From: Octopus sinensis
Lineage: Eukaryota
NCBI RefSeq assembly: GCF_006345805.1
Contig: NC_043007.1
Location: forward strand, 43,958,001-44,022,000
DNA: 64,000 nt
Reading direction: 5' to 3'
Part shown: piece after piece, positions 1-12,352 of the stretch
Numbering within the stretch: the first letter of the stretch is position 1
How the letters are laid out: each line of letters starts with the position of its first letter
Program-made: the position numbers and the translations under genes
The notes under the pieces: generated by a model
Told to the model about the DNA's origin: nothing
The model's database searches: none
The model's input: only the letters and a program-made list of their open reading frames with translations

Positions 1-29
1 AATGACTGAAACAAGTAAAAGAGAAAGAG

Positions 30-95
<66 letters not shown>

Positions 96-486
96 TTGTT
101 GTATTTAGGAATGGTCATTTTGCCAGTTTAGCCAATAAAACACACGCACTATATATTTGGTGTTACTTTGCTTCAGCGTTATTTATTTTTTTCATTAATC
201 TTAATCTTATTTCGGCCAGAATTCTGTCGTCTAAACTGGCAAAATGTCCATTCCTAAATACAACAATATGTTTCAACACACGATTTCACATCAAAAATCT
301 TGCAAAACAAATATATATGTGTGTGTGTAGAGAGGGGGGGGGGGTAAAAGACAAAAAATTATATATTGCAGCAATTCTTTCGTATCAGATGTATACATAT
401 TCAGCGTGCAATCTTTTCTATGCTTAGAGTAGCGTCTATATCCATCCATCCATTCATCCATACATACATGCATATGTATGTATGTT

Positions 487-527
<41 letters not shown>

Positions 528-634
528 TTCTATTTCGTTATAGGTAGGATCAACAAAAAGTATACACAAAATTTTTAAAAGAGCTACTAATAGTTTCATG
601 CCGTAGAGACACTAATTTGGCAAATTTATATAAC

Positions 635-930
635 ACTAGCAGTACCCGAGGAAATTCCACGGTAAATGAGAAAGTTTTTAGATGATTGTAAGTTTATATA
701 GATACATAAGAATTAGCATTTCTTTATAAATTGTATATTCTGCATAATTTTCGTTTAAAAACACCTTTTAGTTCTGGATACGGCTGTAGTCGAAGGAGCA
801 TGAATTTTCCATACTCTCAGAAGTTCAGAGGTTCATTTGTAAATCTAAGAGTGTGTGTGTGTGCAGACAGAATTTGCAACATAGCTCCATATAAATCAAA
901 TATAAAACCTGTCAAGCGTTTTTATATATT
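635..930 (-). mobile_element. Probable non-autonomous Helitron fragment
   Basis: Minus-strand 3' end ACCGTGGAATTTCCTCGGGT (imperfect hairpin) + ACTGCTAG|T, the same ACTGCTAGT ending as at 43497. The possible 5' region is ATATATAAAAACG near 925. Confidence 0.35.
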
Positions 931-1583
931 TTAAAATCTAAATAAATTCTAATGTTTTCTCTGTGTATTTTCAACTTGGTTTCTGTACTAACACCTGTAT
1001 GGATTAATAACGATGTATATGTTTGTGTGCGTGTACGCGTGTATATGTCTTTGTGTGTGTGAGGGCATGTGTGTGTAAATGTGTATGCATTTAGGTGTAT
1101 GCGTGTGAGTGGGTACACTCATACCTCGGTACAACGGACCTCTCTTTAACGAATTTCGAAAGCAGCGGACAAAATCACAGCATATCACACCTCTTCCCCA
1201 TCAATGGTAAGTCTAATTTTAAATTTAAAAAATGTTGAATTTACTGTATTATAGTGCATATTTACATTGTACAGGTATTCTACACTGTCGGATTGGATAA
1301 GTGTGTTTGATTAAAAGGACAGTACAGTATTCATTCCTCTGTTTTTCATAATGTAATTGTCGGTTGGATTGTACCTGTAATTCAAAGGTACAGCTTTGGT
1401 CACACAGGCACGCTGATTCTACCGGAGAATTACGTTAAGGTTACGCGTGTCTATTGAATACTTAACCAGGTTAATTCCGGATCAGGTAATCCAGTGAACC
1501 GAACAAGTGAATCCTCATCGTCGACCGACGAAGTTTTACTACCATGTGTGAAAGATAGTTTGTGTGTGTGTGTGTGTGCGTGT

Positions 1584-1668
<85 letters not shown>

Positions 1669-3177
1669 TCCATCACAACAGATTGCCGTCTTCCTTTGAG
1701 ATTCCTCTATCAGATAGTGTACTAATGATATCCAGCAGTTCCAGAATGAGTGAGATGTTTTACCGTTATTTATTCACGCCGAGAGATTAAGGACATATTC
1801 TGTGACAGTTATGTCACTTCGAACCATTCCATTTTTATCACAAACAATTAAACGTTTAACGAGTAAGGCCTACTTTCCACGTCTTCACTAGATTTTTCAT
1901 TTTTTAACTTTTCATTAATGACATACAATTATTAATGCATATAATTATTTCACAACCTCCAATTACTCGTAATTTTTCAATATCTTGTATTTAGACGTTC
2001 ACATATCTAATCGCATGACATAAAATAAATCATTTATAACATAACTTTTTTTATGCAAATCTATTTTCCTTCAGGCAAAATACATGAAAAACAAAACAAA
2101 AAACATAGGAAACGCGCGCAAAAACGCCACTGGACTTCTTTTAGTTGAAATAGCGATTTTGGTTAAGGCAGTCATTTGACAAAATTGTTAAAGAGTCAGA
2201 TAGATGCTTTGTAGAACTCTATCTTGGCTTTTTGCATTATGTGTTCATACCTCACCGGGGTCAACTTTGTCATTTATTCCCTACGTGGTCAATAAATAAA
2301 GTACTAGTCAAGTACTGGAATCGGAAAATATGGTGCCAGTCAAGAAATAGAGTTGATTCTTCTCACACTTTCTCTCCAGATTCGACTACATTGTTCGCAG
2401 TATCCCTTTTCTGAGCGGGTTGAACCAGAGGTTGGCAATCCCTTCTCATCTAGCATTCTACAAAACCCGTTCGAAGATGCTACAGAACGGAAGTATTAAA
2501 ACTAAAAATTCCACTGAGCCAGTAAATTGTATAGGTTTCTTTGTATATTATTAACTTGATAAAGACAGATTTCTACTGGTTCCGATTACAGAAAATGTTA
2601 CACTACCCATTATTAAAATAAACCATGTTTTGATCAAACCTAAAAGAACACTTAACTATGAACTGACGAGAGAGCCTCTACATTTTCGATCGATCAGTTA
2701 GAAATAGCTGCCAAGTTTCCCCCCAAATCCTAACCTACGGTCATGTATGCCTTTGATTATAAATATAATCAACAAGAGTTAACTCGGAGCTAAACAAGAC
2801 TTTTAAAAAGATTCAGTCTACCTCATAAGTAAATCCTTTTTTTGTTTTTTCACAAAATAATTCATGAAAAAATAGCTGTGACCATGACATTTTACATGCT
2901 GGTTCATGGCTGAATTGAGAAGTCTTTGACTTTTATTATTTTAGTTGATGAAAGTATTGAAATGACCTTAGCATTTAACGTTCATGGAGGAATTGAAATA
3001 GCCTTGAACTTTTACATGGTGTTTCGTTTTTGGATTTGGATTGCAAGATTCTTTATATGAGTTCGTGTGTTGAAGCATATTCTGTTGTGTCTGGGGAGAG
3101 TCATTTTCTTTTTTGTGCCTTATTATGTAACGCACTCACCGGTAAAATTTCCACTTTTTTCTTATTTTTATTGTCCT

Positions 3178-3282
3178 AAAATTTTCGTTGCGTCTTGCAA
3201 CCTTTTCAATAGTTTTGACTCTGTCCAAATAACGGACAAAGTCAAAACTATTGAAAAGGTTGCAAGACGCAACGAAAATTTT
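3178..3282. repeat. Inverted repeat: 43-bp perfect stem + mismatch + 5 bp, 7-nt loop
   Basis: 3178-3220 AAAATTTTCGTTGCGTCTTGCAACCTTTTCAATAGTTTTGACT is the exact reverse complement of 3240-3282. Confidence 0.95.
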
Positions 3283-3342
3283 CCACCTAGTCGACAGCTG
3301 ATAGAGGGAATGTCCCGCACTGCAAACTCTATATAAAATATA

Positions 3343-4270
<928 letters not shown>

Positions 4271-4784
4271 TTGTGTATATGTTGTATACATGTTCGCCAG
4301 TGTATGCGCGTGTGTCTGTAATTTACATAATTGAATATCTTTCAAAAAGGGTGGAAAATTTGAGCGGGGTAAATAGAAACAGCTGCAAGTCGGCAGTGAT
4401 ATATAATATATAAGCTTTTAGTGTTGCCCGTTCTAAATCTCCTATGTTTGATGATCAGTCGTGACCCGTTAAGCAATTGAACTCAGATATCTCAAAATAT
4501 TGTTGACAACGATTGAAATATTGGAGAACCGAAAGCATTCGATTAAACAAAAGCATAAATAACGATTTCTCTCATAACTACAAGGATGTTGCATTTTGCA
4601 GATGGACTAATAAAGCCGATTAAAGTGACCACTACCATCCCGATGATTACCTAGTATTTATTTTATCAGCTCTAGGAAAACCAACAGTAAAGTCGCCGTT
4701 GTTTCTTATTTGAACTCAAGCGCAAAATGTATGAGACTAGCAACAGCTAGGTATTGAATCCATCATACGACTGATTTAACCATT

Positions 4785-4990
4785 GGTTGCTTTTAATGAA
4801 CTAATAAAAGCATTTAATTCTGTTGGAAATGTTGGTGTTAGTTAATGAAGCCCTTGACAAGATGGTAAAAGATCCAGTCCTTACATAGGCTCTATTACAA
4901 CCGGTAATAGGCTCAGGACAGATGTGACATGTATGATCCACTCCAACTAGTGAAAGGCCCAGGGGAGGTAAGAAACATGAGCACCATAAG
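4785..4990 (+). mobile_element. Possible decayed LINE RT fragment
   Basis: LVAFNELIKAFNSV (cf. AFIDLxKAFDSV) followed by DKMVK-IQSLH across a frameshift. Confidence 0.35.
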
Positions 4991-4999
4991 AAATGATAA

Positions 5000-5970
5000 C
5001 ACTGGTTAATACACATTTTCTAGTACAAGGTTTATCAAGGTTTAGCTAATTTTGGGGTGCTGAATCCAAATCTGTCATCAAATTTTGTCTATCACCTCAG
5101 ATTTTTGAGACATAAAATCTTTAAATTTTGCTAGAAACAGCTATTTAATGCTCATAAATGAAGAATTAGATATACGTAGATGCAATTTTTAATAGACAAT
5201 CCGTCTTTTTTTTAAATTTAATATATCAAAACACAAAGTTGTGCGGGTAAATGCACATTAGCATGTAAGAATTATGCTTGGTTATATCAAAATATGAATA
5301 CAAAATGTCTATTCATTGTGGTCATTCATTCTGATCATTTTATTTCTGCAAAAACGTCCTCTTTTTTGACGATCTCTTCTGGAATGTCTCCCATCGAGCT
5401 CCAGCAATAACTTGCCATCATGTTTAAGTTCCATCGGCCTTGGTAGCGTTCTTCAATTACTTTCACTCCTTGTTCTTCGCTAATAATACCCAGGTTCTCT
5501 GGAAGCTCCCCTGAGTGACTGTGTAAGTACTGCGATTTAATGCTCATTCTACAGCCAAGTGCTTGCAAACCCAGGGGCAGCTCCTCCACAATCTCTTAAT
5601 AGTTTTCAGATTTCCTGTCCCCAAGGAAATTCTTCCGCAGCACCCATTGTTGTAACAAAATGTGAATCCCTGATGAGTGTTCTTATTTGAGGTTCATCAA
5701 ATATTACAGCACATCATTCTTTTTGAAGTTGTATCCATAACTAGAACACAGTGGTTCAGTTCACACCTGAAAAAAAAAAGGAAGGATTCTTAGTGGTGTA
5801 AAGTTAACTTTTGGTATGTTTCAGCTAAATAAAAGAATATACCTATGGCACAAAATATGATGTGATAGAACAAATCTAGGGTCAGTCTTGGAATCAGCAC
5901 CCAAAAATTAGTCTAAAACAGCTCTTAGATTTTATGCCAGAAAATAAAAGTTTTATTTTGTTAACCAATG
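5000..5970 (-). mobile_element. Internally deleted Chapaev (CMC superfamily)-type DNA transposon with both termini
   Basis: Termini CACTGGTTAATAC (5000) and TTGTTAACCAATG (5970) are inverted repeats flanked by TAA on both sides (4997-4999, 5971-5973). Subterminal inverted repeat CTAATTTTGGGGTGCTGAATCC / GGAATCAGCACCCAAAAATTAG. The minus strand reads IFDEPQIRTLIRD..FLGDRKSENY*EIVEEL..ALGCRMSIKSQYLHSH..PENLG..SEEQG..EERYQGRWNLNMMASYCW, the C-terminal motifs of Chapaev transposases. Confidence 0.85.
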
Positions 5971-6023
5971 TAATATATTCAGATCATATGTAAAATATAA
6001 GCTCAAATACAAGTGGTAATAAG

Positions 6024-6210
6024 CCCAAGAAAGATGTGAAATACATGCTCCATTACAACTAGTAATTGGCCCAAGAGAGATGTAGAATACAGCTCCATTA
6101 GAACTAATCATAGGCCCAAGATAGGTGTGAAATATGGATTTCATTACAAATGGTATTGCATCCAAGTTAGATGTGAAATATAGGCATCATAACAACTGAT
6201 ATTACACCGA
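6024..6210. repeat. Degenerate 45-46 bp minisatellite, about 4 units
   Basis: Units start at 6024, 6070, 6115 and 6161 with (C/T)CCAAG..GATGTGAAATA..CCATTACAAC. Confidence 0.7.
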
Positions 6211-7437
6211 GCCTAGAGGGAAAATGTAGGCCCTATTTCAATGCGCTGATAAGGTATTTATGTAATCAGTTATAAATGCATATGGCTTATGTATGTATTA
6301 CAGTTATATAATAGGTGCAGTATGACCGAATATTAAGGAGTTCTCTTCGCAACCAGAGGTTCCACGTTCGATTCCGTGTTGGCTTTATGGCAACTCGAGA
6401 ATATTTAATTTTCTATAGCCTCGGATCGACCTATATATTGTGAGGGAAATTTGGTAGAGGGAAACTGAATAGAAGACCCTTGTATGTACGTTAAAAAGTA
6501 CAACCTTACCACTCTGTGTCATACTGATTCTGACTGAGAATTACGCTAAAGATATACGTGTGCGTGGAATGCTCAATCGCTTACACATTCATTCAGGAGC
6601 AGGTAAATCAGTTGATCGAACAACTGAATCCTCATCGTGAACTCTGCTTCAGGCCACAGTTATATACATGCACTTGTGAACATCACGAACTTAAAAGTAA
6701 CAGAAAAGAATGAAAGAAAAACTAGAACGAATTATTTTTAAGAAAGGGTTTCCCTTTTTTCTTTTGTCGGGTGTAGCAGCCCTCTTCCCTCATCCAAAAA
6801 TCGTAAGCTCACACCAATTTGCCCAGATCTGTTCTGACTAAATAATAGTTTGGAACATCACCTGAAACTCATCATGGTCTTATATAGGGTCAGGGCTTTT
6901 TCAGAATTAGCATTTACGGTTGGTATTTATGAGTATACATCATACATGCATATGTGTGTATGTATGTATTATAACGTAGTTACTCGTCGCCAATTATTGT
7001 AGTATCGCCACTATTTATGATGATACTTGTTTACACTATAACTGTGAGGTAACAATAAAATATATAACAAAGCAATGTAACAATCCAACAAACTCTCCAC
7101 GAACTATACACGAACCAACAAACGATGTTCCGACAACTACCAAAACGACACCTTACGACTTCCTGCGATTAACGCCTGCTCTCTCTTTATTTTGACACTG
7201 CGGCCATTCGATACAGAGGGTACAGCACAAGCACAGACAGAACACCGCAATGGGGACAAAAAACGTAAAACGAATGAAAATGAGAACGTTATATAATACT
7301 GAAAATGAAATGGCTGCATGATCCCCATTCTCATTTAAATTTTTAAGCGCACAGTTTATAATCGTTTTTCTTTTTTTTTTTCCATTATCATCGTTTTTCC
7401 CCTTTTTTTTATTTTAATGAAACAATTTTACATTTTT

Positions 7438-7960
7438 TTAATACCTCATAAATGGTTCTAGTTCCTTTAATTCCACCACTGACGGTAATTCATCAAATTC
7501 CACCATAACTCCCGATGAATCAATGTCTCTTCACACATTTCTTTTAACTCGTTATATGTCTCTTTATCGACAACAATAGCCTTCACATTTTCCGAGTAAA
7601 TATCCGTAGGTAACTTTACCCTTATAATGGATTTGAACTTCATTATTTTTTCTCACTTTCTGTGTTCTTTGCGTATGTTACAAAATTCCACCTGTGCTTT
7701 TCGGCTCTCTTGCTTGCTTTCTTTTTCCTTGCTCTACTCTTGGTACCTTTTCTATGTCCTTCTCCTCCTCCATTTTGGATAGTGTCGCTTTTTCACCCTC
7801 ATGCTGTTATCCACCTAAATCTTTCTCCTCCACTCTTATAGCTAGTGTCCTTGCTGCTATCTCCTCCTTCTCAAACTCCTCCTCGACCTCCTCCTCAAGC
7901 TCCTCCTCGACCTCCTTGTCAACCATCTTCTCACCTTCCTCTTTTTCGACTTCCTTCTCA
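7438..7960 (-). pseudogene. Second, 5'-truncated copy of the same gag/ORF1-like ORF, A-rich
   Basis: Aligns with about 8087-8590 and translates WNFVTYAKNTESEKK.MKFKSIIRVKLPTD..VMVEFDELPSVVELKELEPFMRY*. Confidence 0.75.
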
Positions 7961-8086
7961 GCCTACTCACATGCAGTACCATTTGAACGTTTACATGCAG
8001 TTTAAAATCGTATTTTTTCCTTTGTTTTTTCCCATTATCATCATTTTTCTTCCTTTTCTTTAAAGAAACAATTTTACTTACTTTTT

Positions 8087-9511
8087 TAATATCTCATGGT
8101 TCTAGTTCCTTTAAATCTACCACTGGCGGCAATTCATCAAATTCCACTATAACTCCCGGCGGATCAACGCCTATTCCACACATTTCCTGCAACCTGCCTC
8201 ATCTCTCCCCATCGACCACAACAACCCTCATACGTTCCGACATCTGTGGGCAACTTCACCCCTATAATGGACTTAAACTTCACTACTCTTCTCTCAGCTT
8301 CTGTGTTCCTTGCGCACGCCACAAAACTCCACTCGTGCTTCCTCCCTTCCTGTCCGCTCTCCCTCTTCCGGCTCCACTCCTAGCACCCTCTCTCTGTCCC
8401 CCTGCTCCACTCTGGACAGCGTCGCCTTCTCATCTTCATGCTGCTGTCTGCTCAAATCCCTCCTCTTCACTGATACAGTCAGTCTCCCTGCTGCCGCCCC
8501 CTCCCTCTCAACTCATCTCCGAGCCTCCTCCTCAAGCTTCCTCCCAAGCTCCCTGTTAACCATCCTTTCACCCTCCTCCCCCTCGACCTCCCTCTCAACC
8601 GCTTTCTCAACCTCCCCACCCGCCTTCTCCTTCTCTCTCCGCCTCTCCGGCGTAGAGCCCACTCCTTCGCCCTCCGACCACTGTGAACTCCTCCGTTCCC
8701 GCTGTCTCACCTGGTCCACACTCTCCCGCTCCTCAGGCCATTCCATCTGCTGTTCTTTTCTTCTCTGGGGGCGCCCAGCCCTCATATGGCCCCCTCCCTC
8801 CACATAGATAGCATATGGGAGCCCCCACCACCACCACCACCACCACTCTCAGCCCCACATCCTCGGTCTGAACCACTTCTGCAATCCTGTTCAGATCCTT
8901 CAAACTTGCCTGCATGGCCATCTCTGTGCCACAACCCCAGCAATTCAATCTCCTGGCTCTCGTCACCTTGAGCACCTCGGCCTCTTCTTCCATGTCAAAC
9001 ACTAAGACAGCCATCATCCACGTTTCCTTCATTTCTGGGGATACCCTGCCATCTCTCACCTCAGCAACACGTCTGCCACAGTACGTTGGCAAAAGCACCC
9101 ATTCCTCCGTTCCTACAGCCTCAGTGGAGTGCTTCATCGCTTCGTCCTCCGTCGCGAATTGCACCTCCATCCTGCTATACTTCCTTCCTCCTGTGATAAA
9201 AGCGGCAAACTTTTTAATATCTTTCAAGCACTCCTCAACAACCTCAATCGCTGCTATCTCAATTCTCCTGCTCGACAACCTCAGCGTTCCAAACATCACC
9301 GTTCTCCCGGCTACACCGCTTGTGAGCTCCTCCGGCGACGCCAATTTCCACGTGTCGCCCTCTTCTGTCAACAGTCCCTCACATTCCCCCAGCCTCCTCG
9401 GCTCAACCCTCACCTCACGGACCTCTAGAGCCACAACGTCCATCCTCCACCAGCTGCTGCCGCACAACCGCAGCCTCCCGCTGGCGCCCCCTCGACCTCC
9501 CCCACCCCCAT
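8087..9511 (-). pseudogene. Retroelement gag/ORF1-like pseudogene (zinc knuckle + long acidic/charged region), copy 2, G-rich
   Basis: ORF pieces 8733-9467 and 8513-8803 join across a frameshift to give PICYLCGGRGHMRAG(R)PQ (CX2CX4HX4C-like). Upstream is a possible RRM-like region (RTVMFGTL..GRKYSRMEVQFATEDEA). The C-terminus reads WSFVAC..KFKSIIGVKLPTD..VIVEFDELPPVVDLKELEP. No ORF2 follows. Confidence 0.7.
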
Positions 9512-9884
9512 AAATAGGACAAAAAACAATTCAACAATACAATAACAGCAATTTCAACAGTAACAGCAACTTAAACAATCAACAATCACAGGTTGACACA
9601 CGAGGGGAGACCTTCAGCAAGCAATTAACAAGGTGAATCACGTCAAATAAGGATCAAAAGTGATGAAACAGCACAGAAAGCACCGACACGCGACAAAAGT
9701 TAACACCTAGTCTCTCTGTCTTTCACTCACACCGCTACTATTTATAGTCGTTCGGTCAAGTGTATTCTCGCAGGGGGAGTCGTGACTCTCGCCACAACAG
9801 TATGTATGTATGTATGTATGTATGTATGTATGTGTGTATGTATGTATGTGTGTATGTATGTGTTTGCATGCGCGTACATACGTG

Positions 9885-9928
9885 TACGTCTGATGAAGGC
9901 GAGCAAGCCGAAACTTCGAAGTCGTGAA
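9885..9928 (+). ncRNA. Hammerhead-like motif with weak helix I
   Basis: CTGATGA-A-GGC(GAGCAA)GCC-GAAAC-TTCGAA-GTC, with palindromic TTCGAA loop III and a GUC triplet. Confidence 0.5.
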
Positions 9929-9959
9929 TCTTTTCTTGTTAACGTTGTGTGTGTGCATG

Positions 9960-9991
<32 letters not shown>

Positions 9992-11044
9992 GTTATCCGT
10001 AATAATGAAGGGTGAAATTAATTATTTGGAAAAATTATCAATTACACCAAGTAGTCTTCGGCATGTAAAAGCCTCATTCGAGGAAAATTAAGTAATACTA
10101 AGCAATAAGGGTTTAGCAACGAGTTGCCTTACCACATACCGAATTTAGAAATAGCAGTCAAGGGTTATAGCTATTTCTTCTACTAAAAAGGGAGATCTCA
10201 GTAAAAAACAGCATTTGGAAGGCACAAACAGGTAAGAGAGAATGAATTGACTGCAATCTATCATACATTTTTTTAGTTATCCACGGACGTACGTTCGAAA
10301 TCAGTTTTAAGGAAAGCATACGAATTAAATATTAAATATTAAATATAATAATTCTATCTTACCGAAACTTCTTTTCTCTTCAGCGTAGAATACTATAATC
10401 ATAAATGATTATATATTGAATTTTGAGATACCAGAGGCACCAACTCCACTCAGTATCAGAGCGAGCTAGAACCCGCAACTGGTATCACCGAATTCAATTG
10501 TGAATGAAACGATTGTGTCAACAGCCCCTTCCCACCCGCGTGTAGCCAAAACAAGATGCTGTGGTCATCTACTGAGATAAAAATGGTTATCCGTAATAAT
10601 GAAGGGTGAAATTAATTAATTGGGAAAAATATCATTACACCAAGTAGTCTTCGGCATGTAAAAGCCTCATTCGAGGAAAATTTAAGTAATACTAAGCAAT
10701 AAGGGTTTAGCAACGAGTTGCTTACCACATCCGAATTTAGAAATAGCAGTCAAAGGGTTATAGCTATTTCTTCTACTAAAAGGGAGATCTCAGTAAAAAA
10801 CAGCATTTGGAAGGCACAAACAGGTAAGAGAGAATGAATTGACTGCAATCTATCATACATTTTTTTAGTTATCCACGGACGTACGTTTCGAAATCAAGTT
10901 TTAAGGAAAGCATACGAATTAATATTAAATATTAAATAATAAATAATTCTATCTTACCGAAACTTCTTTTCTCTTCAGCGTAGATACTATATCATAAATG
11001 ATTATATATAATTTTGAGATACCAGAAGGCACCAACTCCACTCA
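9992..11044. repeat. Direct duplication of about 460 bp, period 594 bp
   Basis: 9992-10452 matches 10586-11044. The differences are almost all 1-bp indels. Confidence 0.95.
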
Positions 11045-11468
11045 TATCATATATATATCGATATAGATATAGATATAGATATAAAACCACGTTTCTTTCT
11101 TTCCCTGAGCGCCTGCTAATACTTTACATGTACCACGTCCTCGCGTTGTTGTTTTTTGTGTCTGTTCTTCGTTTTGGGGGGAAAATTATCACATAACTAT
11201 TACTCAGAGTATCACGTTTTATCTACATCTAGGGTTTAAGACGTATTATTATCGAGGCAATGGATTTGTAGAATTAGAAGAGCCTCTGATAAACATGATT
11301 TGTGGTTCTTCGTGTTCGGAATTTAAGTACCATCGAGATAAATTTTACTTTTCATCCTTATGAAGTCCTTAAAACAAAGTAGCAATCAAGTATTGTACTG
11401 GGGTCGATTTAATCAACTATGTCCATCCATCGAAATAGGAGTCCTTGTACATACATAATAAATAAATA

Positions 11469-12352
11469 CGTGATCTGATCAATAAGTATCTGGACTGTTG
11501 TAATAGTAACAAAGCTAAGGCATACAGAGTAAAGCCGCTTGACACAGATTCACCTTAAACTCTGTTGTGCATGCGCACTAAGTTTTAATGTTCTACCTTA
11601 CTTCCGCTGTTTACAGCAGTGCTTGGAAGTAACTTGTGTAGCGTGTGATCGTCGTATTGATCATGACAGAGAAAGATGACCAGAGAATATGCATCAAATT
11701 TTGGCAATAGCTTGCTGATACCTGCCCAGAGGCCTACGCAAAGTTTTCAAAAAAGTTTTCATCGTTCTTGTCACAATCAAAGAAATCGTGTGCAACTGAA
11801 ACCCCAGTATCTTTTCGGTCAGCTGAAAGCAGTTTTGGCACAAACTTGGCAGACACGCGTCTCATATCCAAATCTTCAGTGAAAATGGACTGAACTGAAC
11901 CGTAACTAATCCGCACATCCTCTGATAATTCGTGTATGGTGATTCGACGGTTTCCCCTCACAGCTGCACGCACATCTGCGGTGTTCTAAGTTCTGCTGGT
12001 TGTGGATCTTCGAGAATGTTCGTCAATATCAACCTTTTTTTTGGACATCTTGGAAACCTCTGAACCACTCGTAGTTGCATGCGGATCATACACTCCTTTC
12101 CATACACTTTCTGCAACTTTGCATAGGCCTCTGAGCAGGTACTGCCATGACAACTTTCTCACGGTCAATGCGACGATCACACGCTACACACGTTCCTTCC
12201 AAGCACTGCTGTAAACAGTGAAAGTGAGCTAGAATGTTAAGACTTAGTGCACATGCACAGCAAATTCCAAAGTCAGTCTGTGCCAAGCGGCTTCACTCTG
12301 CATGCTTTAGTTTCATTAATATGGCAACAGTCCGGATATTGATCAGACCTTG
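11469..12352. mobile_element. Fold-back mariner derivative made of two inverted 5' halves
   Basis: Left TA|CGTGATCTGATCAATAAGTATCTGGACTG and right CAGTCCGGATATTGATCAGACCTTG. The inverted arms span about 240 bp. The plus strand gives DQRICIKFWQ*LADTCPEAYAK. The minus strand gives RRITIHELSEDVRISYGSVQSIFTEDLDMRRVSAKFVPKLLS, the mariner N-terminal HTH/WVPxxL region. Confidence 0.85.

Noticed and set aside
8310-9513. Plus-strand Ser/Pro-rich ORFs (165 aa, 199 aa)
   Set aside because: They are antisense shadows of the purine-rich minus-strand gag-like ORF.
10043-10085. Hammerhead-like CGAATGA-GGC..GCC-GAAGAC on the minus strand (and weaker ones at about 12400-12450 and 17735-17770)
   Set aside because: Core residues deviate and helices I/III cannot be formed convincingly.
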